A stretch of 64,000 bases of DNA from Candidatus Nanopelagicaceae bacterium (GTDB taxonomy: Bacteria; Actinomycetota; Actinomycetes; Nanopelagicales; Nanopelagicaceae), in NCBI GenBank assembly GCA_046094385.1, contig JBJTHJ010000027.1, positions 5,800 through 69,799 on the forward strand. Reading direction: 5' to 3'. A program made the position numbers and the translations under genes. Below, one piece after another: positions 39,008 to 50,307 of the stretch. Position 1 is the stretch's first letter; every line of letters starts with the position of its first letter. The notes beneath the pieces were generated by a model. It saw nothing but the letters and a program-made list of their open reading frames with translations, had not been told where the DNA came from and did not search any database.

Positions 39008-39993
39008 CTAATTTGTCGAGCTTGAGTTACTGAGTTGCTTCGCGCCTCATCGTATGCCTCATATGCGCTGACGATATCGCTAATTAATCTATGGCGAACT
39101 ACATCCTCTGCAGTTAAATCCATGAAGGCAATGTCATCTATTCCTTCTAGGATCTTTCGGATCGTGGCCAATCCAGAGTTCTTGCCATGTGGCAGATCCA
39201 CTTGAGTTACATCCCCCGTAATCACCATCTTGGATCCAAATCCCAATCGAGTTAAGAACATCTTCATCTGCTCAGCCGTGGTGTTCTGCGCCTCATCCAA
39301 AATTATAAAAGAGTCGTTCAACGTGCGACCACGCATATAAGCAAGTGGTGCCACTTCGATTACACCACTTTGCATCAATTTAGGAATCGCTTCTTGATCC
39401 AACATGTCATGTAAGGCATCAAAAAGTGGACGTAAATATGGATCGATTTTCTCAGTCAATGTGCCTGGCAGAAATCCCAGATGTTCGCCAGCTTCTACCG
39501 CTGGGCGGGTCAAGATAATTCGATTTATCTCGCGAGCTTGAAGCGCTGCTACCGCTTTGGCCATTGCCAAATAAGTCTTACCGGTTCCGGCTGGTCCAAT
39601 TCCAAAGGTGATTGTGTTCTGAGCGATCGCCTCGACATAAGACTTTTGATTTGCAGTCTTTGGTCGGATGGTGCGACCACGATTGCTAACGATGTTCAAT
39701 GATAAAACTTCAGCGGGATGCTTCTGCGGATTGGATTTGAGCATCGAGATGGAACGTTTGATAACCTCAGGATTAATATCTTGACCAGAGCGAAGCACCA
39801 CCAATAATTCGGTGATCAATTGCTCCACCCGATCGCATTCCTCGACATCACCACGTAATGCGATCTCATTTCCACGTACGGTTAATGAGGTGTTGGGAAA
39901 AGCCGCTTCTATTTCACGTAAATTTCGATCTGTTGGCCCTACTAGTGCGACCATTGGAATGGCGGTCGGGACCGTTATGAGAGTTCGTTCCAT
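39004..39993 (-). CDS. phoH: PhoH-family ATPase
   Basis: Walker A GPAGTGKTYLA, IILDEAQN, 329 aa. Lies upstream of ybeY. Confidence 0.9.
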   Translation of the reverse strand: MERTLITVPTAIPMVALVGPTDRNLREIEAAFPNTSLTVRGNEIALRGDVEECDRVEQLITELLVVLRSGQDINPEVIKRSISMLKSNPQKHPAEVLSLNIVSNRGRTIRPKTANQKSYVEAIAQNTITFGIGPAGTGKTYLAMAKAVAALQAREINRIILTRPAVEAGEHLGFLPGTLTEKIDPYLRPLFDALHDMLDQEAIPKLMQSGVIEVAPLAYMRGRTLNDSFIILDEAQNTTAEQMKMFLTRLGFGSKMVITGDVTQVDLPHGKNSGLATIRKILEGIDDIAFMDLTAEDVVRHRLISDIVSAYEAYDEARSNSVTQARQIR

Positions 39994-40018
39994 GTAAGCG
40001 TAATTCTATCTAAAAATA

Positions 40019-40366
40019 CTAACCCGGTGGCCAGGTGAAATCGCGCCCACCCAAGAGGTGTAAATGAGCGTGAAATACCGATTGCCCAACTGCTGCTCCA
40101 GTATTGAAAACTGTGCGATACCCAGGAAGTTGTCGATCGGTTGCAATGAGTTTGGCGGCCTTAAAAAGTGATGCTGTGACCACCGCACTTGCATCTGCTA
40201 AAGCTGCTGCATTCTCAACATGCAAAGTCGGAACCAAAAGTACATGTGTCGGCGCTTGGGGATTTAAATCGTTGAAAGCCACCACATTCTCATCTTTGTA
40301 CACGATATCCGCTGGGATCTCTCCTTCGATGATCTTGCAGAAGATGCAATTTGGATCTAACGCCAT
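40019..40366 (-). CDS. HIT-family nucleotide hydrolase
   Basis: CIFCKI N-terminus and histidine triad HAHLHLLGG. Confidence 0.9.
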   Translation of the reverse strand: MALDPNCIFCKIIEGEIPADIVYKDENVVAFNDLNPQAPTHVLLVPTLHVENAAALADASAVVTASLFKAAKLIATDRQLPGYRTVFNTGAAVGQSVFHAHLHLLGGRDFTWPPG

Positions 40367-40370
40367 GTTC

Positions 40371-41060
40371 TCACCATACCTTCATCAGCGCGCTTGCTGC
40401 GCTAACGGCAGCCAGCCCTGCATGTGCCGAGCGCAATACTGGTCGGCCCAACTTAATTAAAGCGCCACCTGCATCTTGGAATTGATGTAACTCTTCATCT
40501 GAAATTCCACCTTCAGGTCCAATCACAATCAAAGTCTTGGTGGCTGGCTTTACCACCTCTGATATTTGTGAAGTAGCAGATTCATGGCAAATTAGAATCT
40601 GTGAAAAATCGGCAAACCTAGCGATGATTTCCTTGGTATCCATCAATTGATGAACTTTTGGGATGGTAAATCTTCGACTCTGCTTAGCAGCCTCAATCGC
40701 TGCAATCTCCCATTTATGACTATCTCTTCCAATTGATCTTGATGCCTGCCACGGAAAAATCTCAAAGGCACCTGATGCCGTCAATAATTCGACCGCCTCT
40801 TTTGCGCGTTCGCTCTTTGGAATTGCTTGAACTACTGAAATCTGACTTTGCATCGGTGGTTCTTGACCACGTTCTACTACCTCTAGGTCGACCTCTCTCT
40901 TTGAAAGGTTCTTAATCTGACACTTTGCCCAATTCCCTTGTCCATCTGAAAGCAATAGATATTCACCGACCGCCATTCGCAAGACGCGCATGGCGTGATG
41001 AGCATTATCTTCAATTAGCTTTGGGTCTGTTAAATTATCACTGAAGAAAAGTTGCAACAT
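40371..41060 (-). CDS. rsmE: 16S rRNA (uracil1498-N3)-methyltransferase
   Basis: 229 aa. The HHAMRVLRM N-terminal and IGPEGGISDEE C-terminal motifs are RsmE-typical. Follows dnaJ. Confidence 0.85.
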   Translation of the reverse strand: MLQLFFSDNLTDPKLIEDNAHHAMRVLRMAVGEYLLLSDGQGNWAKCQIKNLSKREVDLEVVERGQEPPMQSQISVVQAIPKSERAKEAVELLTASGAFEIFPWQASRSIGRDSHKWEIAAIEAAKQSRRFTIPKVHQLMDTKEIIARFADFSQILICHESATSQISEVVKPATKTLIVIGPEGGISDEELHQFQDAGGALIKLGRPVLRSAHAGLAAVSAASALMKVW

Positions 41061-42163
41061 CAGAACTTTAGCGCTCCACGCAATTTGGCCATGATAGAAC
41101 CATCGTCTTTTTTGACTGTTGAGCTATCTGAATCCTCGCCACGTAATGTTGCAAATTTACGAAGTAACTCCTCTTGCTCGCGACTTAATTTGGTTGGCGT
41201 GACTACTTCAATGTGTACGATCAAATCCCCACGACCAGTTCCACGCAATCTGGTTACGCCCAGACCTCTTAACGCGATCTTATTTCCTGATTGGGTACCT
41301 GACTTGATTTCGATCTCTGATTCCCCGTCTAAAGTTTTGATTTGTGCTTTAGTGCCAAGCGCAGCCGCTGTAAATGGAATAGATAAAGCCAGATGTAACG
41401 TTTCGCCATCACGAACCAGATATTCGTGTTCGCGTTGAATGATCTCTACATATAAATCACCAGCAGGGCCACCACCTGGACCAACTTCCCCACGGCCTGC
41501 CAATTGAATTCGATTTCCAGTTTCGACGCCACCTGGAATCTGCACGTTGATAGTTTGTCTTGCGCGTACCCGGCCATCTCCGTGACATTCTCGACACGGA
41601 TTATTGATGATGGTTCCGTAACCCTGACAGGCAGCACAAGGTCTAGAAGTCATCACCTGTCCAAGGATGGATCGGGTAACTTGTTGGGTTTCACCGCGAC
41701 CTTTACAGATTCCACAAACTGTAGGAGCGCTTGCATCTTGGCAGCCGCTACCTTCACATTTTTTACAGAGTACTGCGCTTTCAACTGTGATCTCGCGTTC
41801 CGTGCCAAAACAAGCTTCAGCTAAATCAACTTCAACTCTGATCAATGCATCCTGGCCGGCACGCGCCCTTGAGCGTGGACCACGCGATGTTGCACCCTGA
41901 CCGAAGAAGGCATCCATGATGTCGTTAAAACCAAATCCACCACCGAAGCCTCCGCCGAAACTTCCGCCCATGTCATATTGCTGACGCTTCTGCGGATCGC
42001 TCAATACATCGTAAGCTGCAGTAACCTCTTTGAAACGTTCTTGTACTTGTGGATCTGGATTGATATCCGGATGTAATTCACGGGCAAGTTTGCGATAGGC
42101 ACGCTTTATCTCATCGCCATTGGCATCCCTCGAGACTCCCAAAGTCTCATATAAATCAGCCAT
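41060..42163 (-). CDS. dnaJ: molecular chaperone DnaJ
   Basis: J domain with HPD, G/F-rich linker, four CxxCxGxG repeats ([32 protein letters not shown]). Confidence 0.95.
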   Translation of the reverse strand: MADLYETLGVSRDANGDEIKRAYRKLARELHPDINPDPQVQERFKEVTAAYDVLSDPQKRQQYDMGGSFGGGFGGGFGFNDIMDAFFGQGATSRGPRSRARAGQDALIRVEVDLAEACFGTEREITVESAVLCKKCEGSGCQDASAPTVCGICKGRGETQQVTRSILGQVMTSRPCAACQGYGTIINNPCRECHGDGRVRARQTINVQIPGGVETGNRIQLAGRGEVGPGGGPAGDLYVEIIQREHEYLVRDGETLHLALSIPFTAAALGTKAQIKTLDGESEIEIKSGTQSGNKIALRGLGVTRLRGTGRGDLIVHIEVVTPTKLSREQEELLRKFATLRGEDSDSSTVKKDDGSIMAKLRGALKF

Positions 42164-43171
42164 TTATGCCTGCTCCTGAAGATAGCGACTTACATAATTT
42201 GCAACTGCACTAACCGCAGCCATCGAACTTGCATAGTCCATACGGGTCGGGCCGATCACGCCAAGAGCGCCAACTTCGCCATAACTTGTGGAGATCACAC
42301 TGGTCTCACGAAGATTTGCATCTTGTTGCTCGCTTCCGATTCTTATCTGCAATCCTTGCAAGCCACTGCTAGCTCCACCAAGTAGGCGCAAAAGCACCAC
42401 CTGTTCTTCTAGCGCCTCTAGGATCGGATGGATCTGGACTGAGAAATCTTCACGGAAACGAGTTAAGTTCGCAGTTCCAGCTAAAACCACTTTCTCCTCA
42501 GGTTTTTCGAGGGCCATTTCTATCAATGTCGAGACCACGACTGCCATATTTCTACGATCTACGGCAGACATCGAGTCCATCAACGTCGTTAAACGATCAG
42601 CAACATCCGGAAGTTTCTGGCCTGCGATTGAGTTATTTAACTTGATCCTTAGATTGTTGAGAAAATCTTCATCAATCTCTGTGGCTACATCAATAGTGCG
42701 CTGCTCCACTCTTCCGGTATCGGTGATCAATATCAACATCACCCGCATGGAATTAAGTAAGACCAATTCCACGTGGCGAACTTTAGATTTGACAAGTGAT
42801 GGATACTGGACCACTGCAACCTGTTTAGTTACATCTGCTAGAAGTTTGACCGTACGCATCACCACATCATCCAAATCCAAAGCACCTTCAAGAAATGTTT
42901 CGATTGCTCTACGTTCTGGAGCAGATAGTGGCTTTACGGTCGCAAGTTGATCTACAAATGCTCGATATCCCAAATCTGTAGGAATTCGTCCCGCCGAAGT
43001 ATGTGGCTGGGTAATCAGCCCCTCTTCCTCCAATACCGCCATTTCATTTCTGATTGTGGCCGGAGATACTCCTAAATTATGTTTTTCCGCCAATACCTTC
43101 GAACCGACAGGTTCGTGAGTAGCGACATACTCATCAACAATCGCTCTTAGGATTTCAAGTCGTCTACTCAT
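42164..43171 (-). CDS. hrcA: heat-inducible transcriptional repressor HrcA
   Basis: [51 protein letters not shown], 335 aa. Confidence 0.95.
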   Translation of the reverse strand: MSRRLEILRAIVDEYVATHEPVGSKVLAEKHNLGVSPATIRNEMAVLEEEGLITQPHTSAGRIPTDLGYRAFVDQLATVKPLSAPERRAIETFLEGALDLDDVVMRTVKLLADVTKQVAVVQYPSLVKSKVRHVELVLLNSMRVMLILITDTGRVEQRTIDVATEIDEDFLNNLRIKLNNSIAGQKLPDVADRLTTLMDSMSAVDRRNMAVVVSTLIEMALEKPEEKVVLAGTANLTRFREDFSVQIHPILEALEEQVVLLRLLGGASSGLQGLQIRIGSEQQDANLRETSVISTSYGEVGALGVIGPTRMDYASSMAAVSAVANYVSRYLQEQA

Positions 43172-43185
43172 GATTGCTCCGAATT

Positions 43186-46100
43186 TTAAGCCATAATCAA
43201 GGTGCGCACGATTCGATCAGCGATCAAGCGTCCCTTTGCAGTCAGAACCATGCGCTCATCGACTATCTCCACTTCGGATCCATATTCCTCCAGTAGCTTT
43301 AGCTGGCTTGGATTTAGTTCCGTGATTGAAAGTCCCTCGCGCAATCGAATCTGTAACATGAATCTCTCGTCGCGCTTCTGTTCGATTGTCAAAGTTTCAC
43401 GTTCTTGCATCGGCGATTCGAAGTTTGCCAATTGGTCCTGATATTTGCTTGGGTGTTTTACATTCCACCAACGAACACCATCCAAGTGCGAATGCGCTCC
43501 AGGGCCTAGCCCCCACCAATTCTGATTTCGCCAATAAACCAAATTATGTTCAGCTGGTCTACCCCAATTGCTTAGTTCATACCACTGCAGCCCCGCTTTA
43601 TTGGCAGCATCATCAACCGCCAAATACATACTCGCCATCAAATCATCATCTGGTTTCGAAATCTCGCCACGTTTTATCTGGGCTGCCAATTTGGTTCCAG
43701 GTTCAACTATCAATGCATATGCGCTCAAATGATCAATACCGTAAGCAAGTGCGGTATCGACCGTTGCTTGCCATTGCTCCAAAGTTTCGCCAGGTGTGCC
43801 ATAGATCAAGTCCAAGCTGATATTTTCAAAACCAGCTTTTCGAGCGCTCTCAACAGATTTTGCCACATTCTCTGGATTGTGCGTGCGGTCTAACACTTTC
43901 AAGACTTGCGTATTAGCAGATTGCATCCCCATTGAGATTCGATTAATTCCAATCTCACGATAATCTTTTAGCGATTGCAAAGTCAATGTATCTGGATTGC
44001 ACTCTATGGTGATTTCGATATCAGGAGCAAACTCCCACCGTTGTTTTAATAGATCTATTACTCGCCCCAAATCCCTTGCAGGCATTAGTGATGGCGTCCC
44101 ACCACCAAAGAAGATTGTGGGAATCGTGGTGGTATTTGTACGAGCTGCGAAAGTGACTTCGGCGATAAGCGAATCTATGAAACCTTGTGAAACACCTTCT
44201 AAGGTTTGGCCTACTTTGAGTTCATTTGGGGTGTAGGTATTGAAATCACAATAACCACATCGCTTTACGCAATATGGGATATGTACATAACACGAGAGAT
44301 TAGACATTAGAGTGCAGCTCGACTGATCGCGTGCAGCTTTAACCTTCTCGATGTCAGCGTCGGTTGCAAGCGCGGCCACGAATGCCTCCTGCGGAACTTC
44401 TACGCGCCCCACCATCTTCATGCGCTTCTTGCCCTCCTTCTGTTTCTCAAGGAGTTTGCGCTTTCTGGTGATATCACCGCCATAGCACTTTGCAAGAACA
44501 TCTTTTCTGATCGCGCGAATATTCTCTCGTGCGATGATCTTGGAACCAATCGCTGCCTGAATTGGAACTTCAAATTGCTGCCTTGGGATCAATTCTCGAA
44601 GTTTCTGAGTCATCATCACACCGTATGCATATGCCTTATCGCGATGCACAATGGAGCTAAACGCATCTACGGTCTCACCATTTAGCAAAATATCCACTTT
44701 GACCAAATTGCCTGCCAGATTCCCTTCATCTTCGTAATCTAGAGAGGCATAGCCCTTGGTGCGAGATTTGAGCTGATCAAAGAAATCGAAAACGATCTCG
44801 GCAAGCGGCAGGTCGTATCTAATCTCCACACGATCCTCAGATAGGTAATCCATCCCAAGTAAGGTGCCTCTTCGATCCTGACAAAGCTCCATGATCGTTC
44901 CAATAAATTCACTTGGGGCCAAGACGGTTGCTTTAACAATCGGTTCTAAAACTTCGCCAACTTTTCCATTTGGAAACTCGGAGGGGTTAGTAACTGTGAT
45001 CTGTTTTCCATCTTCCATGGTGACTTCATAGACCACGTTTGGCGCGGTGGAGATCAAGTTCAATCCGGCTTCACGCTCTAATCGCTCGCGCACGATCTCC
45101 ATGTGCAATAGCCCCAAGAAGCCGCAGCGAAATCCAAAACCAAGCGCAGCTGAGCTTTCCGGTTCATATACCAATGCGGCATCGTTTAACTGCAATTTAT
45201 CAAGCGCTTTTCGCAACATTGGAAAATCTGCACCATCGATTGGATAGAGACCGGAAAAGACCATTGGTTTTGGATCTTTATAGCCTGCTAGTGGCTCTTT
45301 GGCTGGCTTTTGATAAAGCGTAACCGTATCTCCAACGCGTGATTGACGCACATCTTTAACGCCAGTAATTAGATAACCCACTTCGCCAACGCTAAGTCCC
45401 TGAGAGGCTATCGGCTCTGGCGAGATTGCACCTATCTCAAGCAACTCATGGCGAGCGCCAGTTGAGATCATTTGAATTTGATCGCGAGGAGATAGTTTTC
45501 CATCCACTACTCGAATGTAAGTAACTACACCGCGATAAACATCATAAACTGAATCAAAAATCAGCGCTCGAGTTGGCGCATCCTTTACACCCACTGGTGC
45601 AGGTATCTGATCGACAATCTCATCTAATAACTCTTCTACGCCAGCACCTGTCTTTCCAGAAACCCGGAGTACCTCTTCTGGTTGGCAACCAATTAACTTT
45701 GCCAATTCGGCAGCGAACTTGTCAGGTTGAGCAGCTGGTAAATCGATCTTATTTAGGACTGGGATTATTCGTAGGTTGTTCTCCATGGCCAGATAAAGGT
45801 TTGCCAAGGTCTGCGCCTCGATACCTTGCGCACAATCCACCAACAAGATCGCACCTTCGCACGCTGCAAGCGAGCGCGAGACTTCATACGTGAAATCCAC
45901 GTGTCCTGGAGTATCGATCATATTCAAGATGTACTCCTTGCCATCTCGACCCGAGCGCCAAGGTAATCGCACTGCCTGCGACTTAATGGTGATACCACGT
46001 TCGCGTTCAATATCCATACGATCCAAATACTGTGCGCGCATCTGGCGCGGATCCACGACTTCCGTAATTTGAAGCATCCGATCGGCAAGAGTGGATTTGC

Positions 46101-46194
46101 CATGATCAATATGTGCGATGATGCAGAAATTACGGATCTGAGCGGGGTCAGTTGAGGCAGGCTGTGGAGCCTTGCTTAAAGGAATTGCCGGCAT
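43186..46194 (-). CDS. lepA: single 1002-codon ORF: elongation factor 4 (LepA, aa 1 to ~612) fused in frame to radical-SAM heme chaperone HemW (aa 630-1002)
   Basis: LepA motifs [22 protein letters not shown] and C-terminal [11 protein letters not shown] short linker ...[17 protein letters not shown] follows. Then [25 protein letters not shown] (radical SAM CxxxCxxC) starts at the internal ATG at 44307. I re-read the DNA across 44281-44400 and found no in-frame stop. Confidence 0.8.
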   Translation of the reverse strand: MPAIPLSKAPQPASTDPAQIRNFCIIAHIDHGKSTLADRMLQITEVVDPRQMRAQYLDRMDIERERGITIKSQAVRLPWRSGRDGKEYILNMIDTPGHVDFTYEVSRSLAACEGAILLVDCAQGIEAQTLANLYLAMENNLRIIPVLNKIDLPAAQPDKFAAELAKLIGCQPEEVLRVSGKTGAGVEELLDEIVDQIPAPVGVKDAPTRALIFDSVYDVYRGVVTYIRVVDGKLSPRDQIQMISTGARHELLEIGAISPEPIASQGLSVGEVGYLITGVKDVRQSRVGDTVTLYQKPAKEPLAGYKDPKPMVFSGLYPIDGADFPMLRKALDKLQLNDAALVYEPESSAALGFGFRCGFLGLLHMEIVRERLEREAGLNLISTAPNVVYEVTMEDGKQITVTNPSEFPNGKVGEVLEPIVKATVLAPSEFIGTIMELCQDRRGTLLGMDYLSEDRVEIRYDLPLAEIVFDFFDQLKSRTKGYASLDYEDEGNLAGNLVKVDILLNGETVDAFSSIVHRDKAYAYGVMMTQKLRELIPRQQFEVPIQAAIGSKIIARENIRAIRKDVLAKCYGGDITRKRKLLEKQKEGKKRMKMVGRVEVPQEAFVAALATDADIEKVKAARDQSSCTLMSNLSCYVHIPYCVKRCGYCDFNTYTPNELKVGQTLEGVSQGFIDSLIAEVTFAARTNTTTIPTIFFGGGTPSLMPARDLGRVIDLLKQRWEFAPDIEITIECNPDTLTLQSLKDYREIGINRISMGMQSANTQVLKVLDRTHNPENVAKSVESARKAGFENISLDLIYGTPGETLEQWQATVDTALAYGIDHLSAYALIVEPGTKLAAQIKRGEISKPDDDLMASMYLAVDDAANKAGLQWYELSNWGRPAEHNLVYWRNQNWWGLGPGAHSHLDGVRWWNVKHPSKYQDQLANFESPMQERETLTIEQKRDERFMLQIRLREGLSITELNPSQLKLLEEYGSEVEIVDERMVLTAKGRLIADRIVRTLIMA

Positions 46195-46214
46195 GGCGGC
46201 TTACTATTTACTGA

Positions 46215-46475
46215 TTACTTCTTAGCAGCGGCTTTAGCCATTGCTGACTTCTTGTTAGCTGCTTGGTTACGATGAATTACGCCCTTAGCAACTGCAACAT
46301 CAAGAAGTCTGGAAGCGCTACGAAGTTCAGTCTGAACCTTGGTGGCATCTCCAGCTGCTACTGCGTCGCGGAATTTACGGATTGCGCTCTTTAAGCCAGA
46401 GGTCACTGCCTTGTTACGTTGGCGCGCCTTCTCGTTGGTCTTAATTCGCTTAATCTGCGACTTAATGTTTGCCAC
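46215..46475 (-). CDS. rpsT: 30S ribosomal protein S20
   Basis: [22 protein letters not shown], 86 aa, GTG start after AAGGAGA. Confidence 0.95.
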   Translation of the reverse strand: MANIKSQIKRIKTNEKARQRNKAVTSGLKSAIRKFRDAVAAGDATKVQTELRSASRLLDVAVAKGVIHRNQAANKKSAMAKAAAKK

Positions 46476-46558
46476 TTAGATCTCCTTGATTTTTCGCCAC
46501 GCTATAGCGGGCAGGTCGCAAAGGTTACCAGCGCGCCTATGGGGGGTTCAAATTCGCG

Positions 46559-47533
46559 TTATAGCGCTACGCGCTGGCCCATTCGACAGGCGCAGATCGT
46601 GATTATCGCGCTCTCCAATGCATAGATCGGGTCGCTTGCACCACCTTTTACCTCTGCATCACATTTTGCAATCGCCGCGACTGCACTAGCTAAGGTCGCA
46701 GCGCTCCAGCCACTTAATTGTCGACGCGCCTTATCAATCTGCCATGGCGCCATCCCAAGTTCCCCTGCCAATTCGAAGGATCTCTGTCCACGATTTACTC
46801 CTGAAACCTTAGCAATTCCTCGCAAAGAGGATGCGATCGCGCTAGTGATCATCACTGGATCTGTCCCAGTCGTGATCGCATGTCGCAAGGTAATGAGACT
46901 TTGAGCCACATCACCTTCCATAACTCGATCTGCAACATCAAATCCCGTAGTTTCAATACGACCCTGGTGATAGCGATCAACATCTTCGATATCAATGATG
47001 CCGGCTGGGGTATCCATTGCCAATTGGGAGATTGCAGCGCTTAATTCGCGTAAATCGTTACCGGCTGCATTTACCAATGCATTGATCGCCGCAGGCGATA
47101 CCTTTCTACCTAAATCTAAAAATAGATTCCGGACAAATTCTTCCTTCTCGGATTCTTTCTTTAGCGGCTCACATGAGATCAATTCAGGTTTTGCTTTTTT
47201 GATGCTCTCTAATAACGCCTTTCCTTTGACGCCACCTTTATGAACCAAAATCAAGGTAAGGGTAGGGTCGATATTCTCTAGGTATCTAGTGATTTCAATT
47301 TTGGCATCCTCATCCAAGTCCTGAAGGTCACGGATAATCAGACCACGCCGTTCAGAGAATAAAGAAGGCGACAGCGCATCTGAGATTTCTCCGACTGAGA
47401 TTTCGCTGCCAAATAAGGTGGTCAACTCAGCGCTTTCATCTTTTAATTGCGCGATCAATTTAGAGAGCGCTCGATCTGCCAGAGCACTTTCAGCTCCAAG
47501 TATCAGATAGATATCCTTCAAGCTATCCTCCAA
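46559..47533 (-). CDS. holA: DNA polymerase III delta subunit
   Basis: 324 aa. Conserved position between comEC and rpsT. Helical delta-subunit pattern (weaker motif evidence). Confidence 0.75.
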   Translation of the reverse strand: MEDSLKDIYLILGAESALADRALSKLIAQLKDESAELTTLFGSEISVGEISDALSPSLFSERRGLIIRDLQDLDEDAKIEITRYLENIDPTLTLILVHKGGVKGKALLESIKKAKPELISCEPLKKESEKEEFVRNLFLDLGRKVSPAAINALVNAAGNDLRELSAAISQLAMDTPAGIIDIEDVDRYHQGRIETTGFDVADRVMEGDVAQSLITLRHAITTGTDPVMITSAIASSLRGIAKVSGVNRGQRSFELAGELGMAPWQIDKARRQLSGWSAATLASAVAAIAKCDAEVKGGASDPIYALESAIITICACRMGQRVAL

Positions 47534-49587
47534 AGGACTGGTAACCCCAATACGCCGACCTTACTAGATGAGATGCTCAACTTCTTAGGGTCGATGGCAA
47601 TCGACCCTAATTGGTCGGTACGCAAAACCTTTCTAAATAAGCTCAAAGTAGTCGCCGCTGGATGACCGTAGCTATTTCCTCTACCGACGCTAATAATGGC
47701 GAAATCAGGATCAGCACTTAAATTGAACTTTGGATCTTGCAACTTTGAACCATGGTGCGCGACTTTCAAGAATTTCACCTTTCCAACCGGAATCTGTTGC
47801 TGTGCATCTGGTTCTAGATCTCCCGTAGTCAATAAGGTGTAATCCGGAGCCGTGATCAATGCCACGATACTTAAATTGTTGATCTCGCTTGATTCTCCGG
47901 AGACTGCGAAGTTCTCATTCAATGCGCTCATTGATCCGTTGGATTGGTCTTGAAAGTTGCGCTCTGGCCAGAGGATCTCAATCTTTAGCTCTCCTACATT
48001 GAAAATTTGACCGCGCATCGCGCTAGTTAGTATCTGTCCGACCTTTCTCTTTCTGGTTGCACCTAGCACGCCACCCACATGGTCCTTATGGGCATGAGTC
48101 AGTATCAATAGCGGAATCTCGATTATTCCCAGATCTTTAAGACATGCATCGATCAACTCCGGCTCCGGGCCAACATCTATAACGACAGCACTTCTGGAAT
48201 TGACTTTGGAATTGACTTTTAGCACCAGAGCATCGCCTTGTCCCACATCGCAATTGACGATCTGCCAATCGTTATTTGGCCATCGTTGCAGGAAAGTGGA
48301 GATTAATATGATGGCCAAGAGCAACCACCACCATCTACGCAAAATCCAAAATAAAAGCCCAATCAGAAGTAGTAACAGTCCACTTCTTAATTGGATGACT
48401 GCCGGTTCTGCTGCCAGATAGGCAATTTTGGTAATTAGATTTGCTGGAATTTTTGCGATGGAGATCAATAATGGTGCAATTGGCGGAAGTAGCGCTGCGA
48501 TAAAACCTAAAATCGTGATCGGTGCTACCAATGGTGCTGCCAGAATGTTCGCCAAAATTGCAGTCATAGATAGATAACCACTTAAATAGACGATCACTGG
48601 AGCGCACAGCACACTAGCTGCAATCGGCTCTGAAATTATCTTGGGAGCCCTGATCTTTGGGGCTATCAGCAAGAGTCCAGTAGTAGCAAGCACTGAGAGC
48701 GCAAAGCCCGGATCTCTGGCTTGCCATGGATCTGCAATCACCACTATCGCAATTGCAAAGCCAAGAGCAGGTAGCGAATCACTTCGTTCTCTATGCATTT
48801 TGGCAAAGATGACTACTGCCGCCATCGCTGCCGCACGTAGAACTGATGGTGAAGGCCGCACTAATCCAATGAAGAGCAGTAGGACCAGGAAAGTTACTAA
48901 GAGTCTAAGCCTTGGATTTTTAATTAGGAATTGCATCAACCAGAGGACAAACGCGCTAACTATTGCGAAGTTTGCTCCACTAACTGCGGTCAAATGAGTT
49001 AACCCAGCTCTGCGCATGGCATTTGTGAATTGGGGTGATTGCATCGAGGTATCCCCAAGTACCATTCCCGGAATCAATGGCGCATCTTTAGCTGCGCTTC
49101 TAAGGCCTGATCTGATATCACCAAAGAGAATTTGTAATGGGTTTGGATCTGCTATCACTTCAAATCTCTGCCAAGTCAAAAACAGCGCAGCCACCCTTGG
49201 CTCTTTACAAAGAATTAATTTCCCCCTAGCAAAAAGCTTTTGACTTGGCAGGAGCTCGGTTGCCGGTCCAATCACACGAATCGGAACCCCTTTGGCTTTA
49301 GCGATGAAACTGATGCGATCGCCTTTTATCACCTTGGGATCATTTATCACCTCTATTTGCAATCGAATTTGTGAACGGCTACTTGCTAATTCTCTGATCT
49401 CGCTATTTTCAAGGGAAACTTGGCGAAAGCTCATGACGATAGCGCCGATTAATATCGCTATAAGTAATACCGCCACCTTGCTACTGCTGATAATTGGCTT
49501 ATCGATCCTGATGGATAGCGCTCTAATTAAAAGTAGCAAAATTGCGATTAGCGAGATCCGCCATGGTGAGATCTGGCTCTGAAGCAA
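47518..49587 (-). CDS. comEC: DNA internalization competence protein ComEC/Rec2 with C-terminal metallo-beta-lactamase domain
   Basis: 689 aa polytopic membrane protein. MBL motif HAHKDHVGG and a later KVAHHGS. Confidence 0.85.
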   Translation of the reverse strand: MLQSQISPWRISLIAILLLLIRALSIRIDKPIISSSKVAVLLIAILIGAIVMSFRQVSLENSEIRELASSRSQIRLQIEVINDPKVIKGDRISFIAKAKGVPIRVIGPATELLPSQKLFARGKLILCKEPRVAALFLTWQRFEVIADPNPLQILFGDIRSGLRSAAKDAPLIPGMVLGDTSMQSPQFTNAMRRAGLTHLTAVSGANFAIVSAFVLWLMQFLIKNPRLRLLVTFLVLLLFIGLVRPSPSVLRAAAMAAVVIFAKMHRERSDSLPALGFAIAIVVIADPWQARDPGFALSVLATTGLLLIAPKIRAPKIISEPIAASVLCAPVIVYLSGYLSMTAILANILAAPLVAPITILGFIAALLPPIAPLLISIAKIPANLITKIAYLAAEPAVIQLRSGLLLLLIGLLFWILRRWWWLLLAIILISTFLQRWPNNDWQIVNCDVGQGDALVLKVNSKVNSRSAVVIDVGPEPELIDACLKDLGIIEIPLLILTHAHKDHVGGVLGATRKRKVGQILTSAMRGQIFNVGELKIEILWPERNFQDQSNGSMSALNENFAVSGESSEINNLSIVALITAPDYTLLTTGDLEPDAQQQIPVGKVKFLKVAHHGSKLQDPKFNLSADPDFAIISVGRGNSYGHPAATTLSLFRKVLRTDQLGSIAIDPKKLSISSSKVGVLGLPVLWRIA

Positions 49588-49631
49588 TGCTCCGAGCCAG
49601 ATCGCTCCCCCAATTACTGCAAGCCGATAAT

Positions 49632-50264
49632 CTAAACGCGAATCAATTCGCGAAATTTCGCTAATTTGGAACTTCCGATTCCTGGCACTTTGCTCAAGTC
49701 ATCAATCGATAGAAATGAGCCATTTGCACTTCGAAATTGCACGATTCGGGTGGCAAGTACCGGTCCGATTCCGGGTAGCGCTTCCAGCTCTTTGGCGGTG
49801 GCGCGATTGATATTGATGATCCTAGGGCTATTTAACTTGCCCTTAGCGCTACTGCTATTTCCACCTCTATAGCTACTTCTATAACTTGAATTGGTTGATT
49901 CTGCTTTGGATTCGATGTAAATCTGTTCGCCATCTTTTATCAAGCGAGCTAGATTGATCAAGGATAGATCTGCTTTTTTGGTTACACCACCGGCTGCTTT
50001 CACAGCATCGATGACTCGAGCATTTGCAGCGAGTTCGTAGACCCCTGGATGAACGACTTCGCCAGTCACATCTATGATCAACATTGCAGGTTTCATGATC
50101 ACAGGGGTCTCATCAGTTGCCTCTGCTTGATTTGGTTTGAAGATATAGAAGGCGCTGATCGCGACTGCAATTACCGCTGTTACCGCAAGAGCTTTTCTCT
50201 GGCTGGCCGTAAAGTTAACTTCACGCCACCATAATTTCAAAGAGTCTAAAGGTTTAGTTTGCAT
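49632..50264 (-). CDS. comEA: ComEA-family DNA-binding protein (SLBB + helix-hairpin-helix)
   Basis: N-terminal TM segment, SLBB-like middle region, C-terminal HhH pair (LEALPGIGPVLATRIV ... LSKVPGIGSSKLAKF). I use the ATG at 50264 (track TTG at 50270). Confidence 0.85.
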   Translation of the reverse strand: MQTKPLDSLKLWWREVNFTASQRKALAVTAVIAVAISAFYIFKPNQAEATDETPVIMKPAMLIIDVTGEVVHPGVYELAANARVIDAVKAAGGVTKKADLSLINLARLIKDGEQIYIESKAESTNSSYRSSYRGGNSSSAKGKLNSPRIININRATAKELEALPGIGPVLATRIVQFRSANGSFLSIDDLSKVPGIGSSKLAKFRELIRV

Positions 50265-50265
50265 G

Positions 50266-50285
50266 GCCAATTGATATCAATTGGC
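50266..50285. repeat. perfect 20-nt palindrome GCCAATTGATATCAATTGGC directly abutting the comEA start codon
   Basis: Read directly. The reverse complement is identical. It lies in the 37-43 nt leuS-comEA spacer. Confidence 0.9.
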
Positions 50286-50307
50286 GAGCGTGATTGGTGA
50301 TTAAAGT

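Noticed and set aside
44281-44400. Calling lepA and hemW as two separate genes.
   Set aside because: There is no in-frame stop between them in the given sequence, so two independent CDS cannot be supported from this DNA. The frameshift or assembly-error alternative is flagged in the finding instead.
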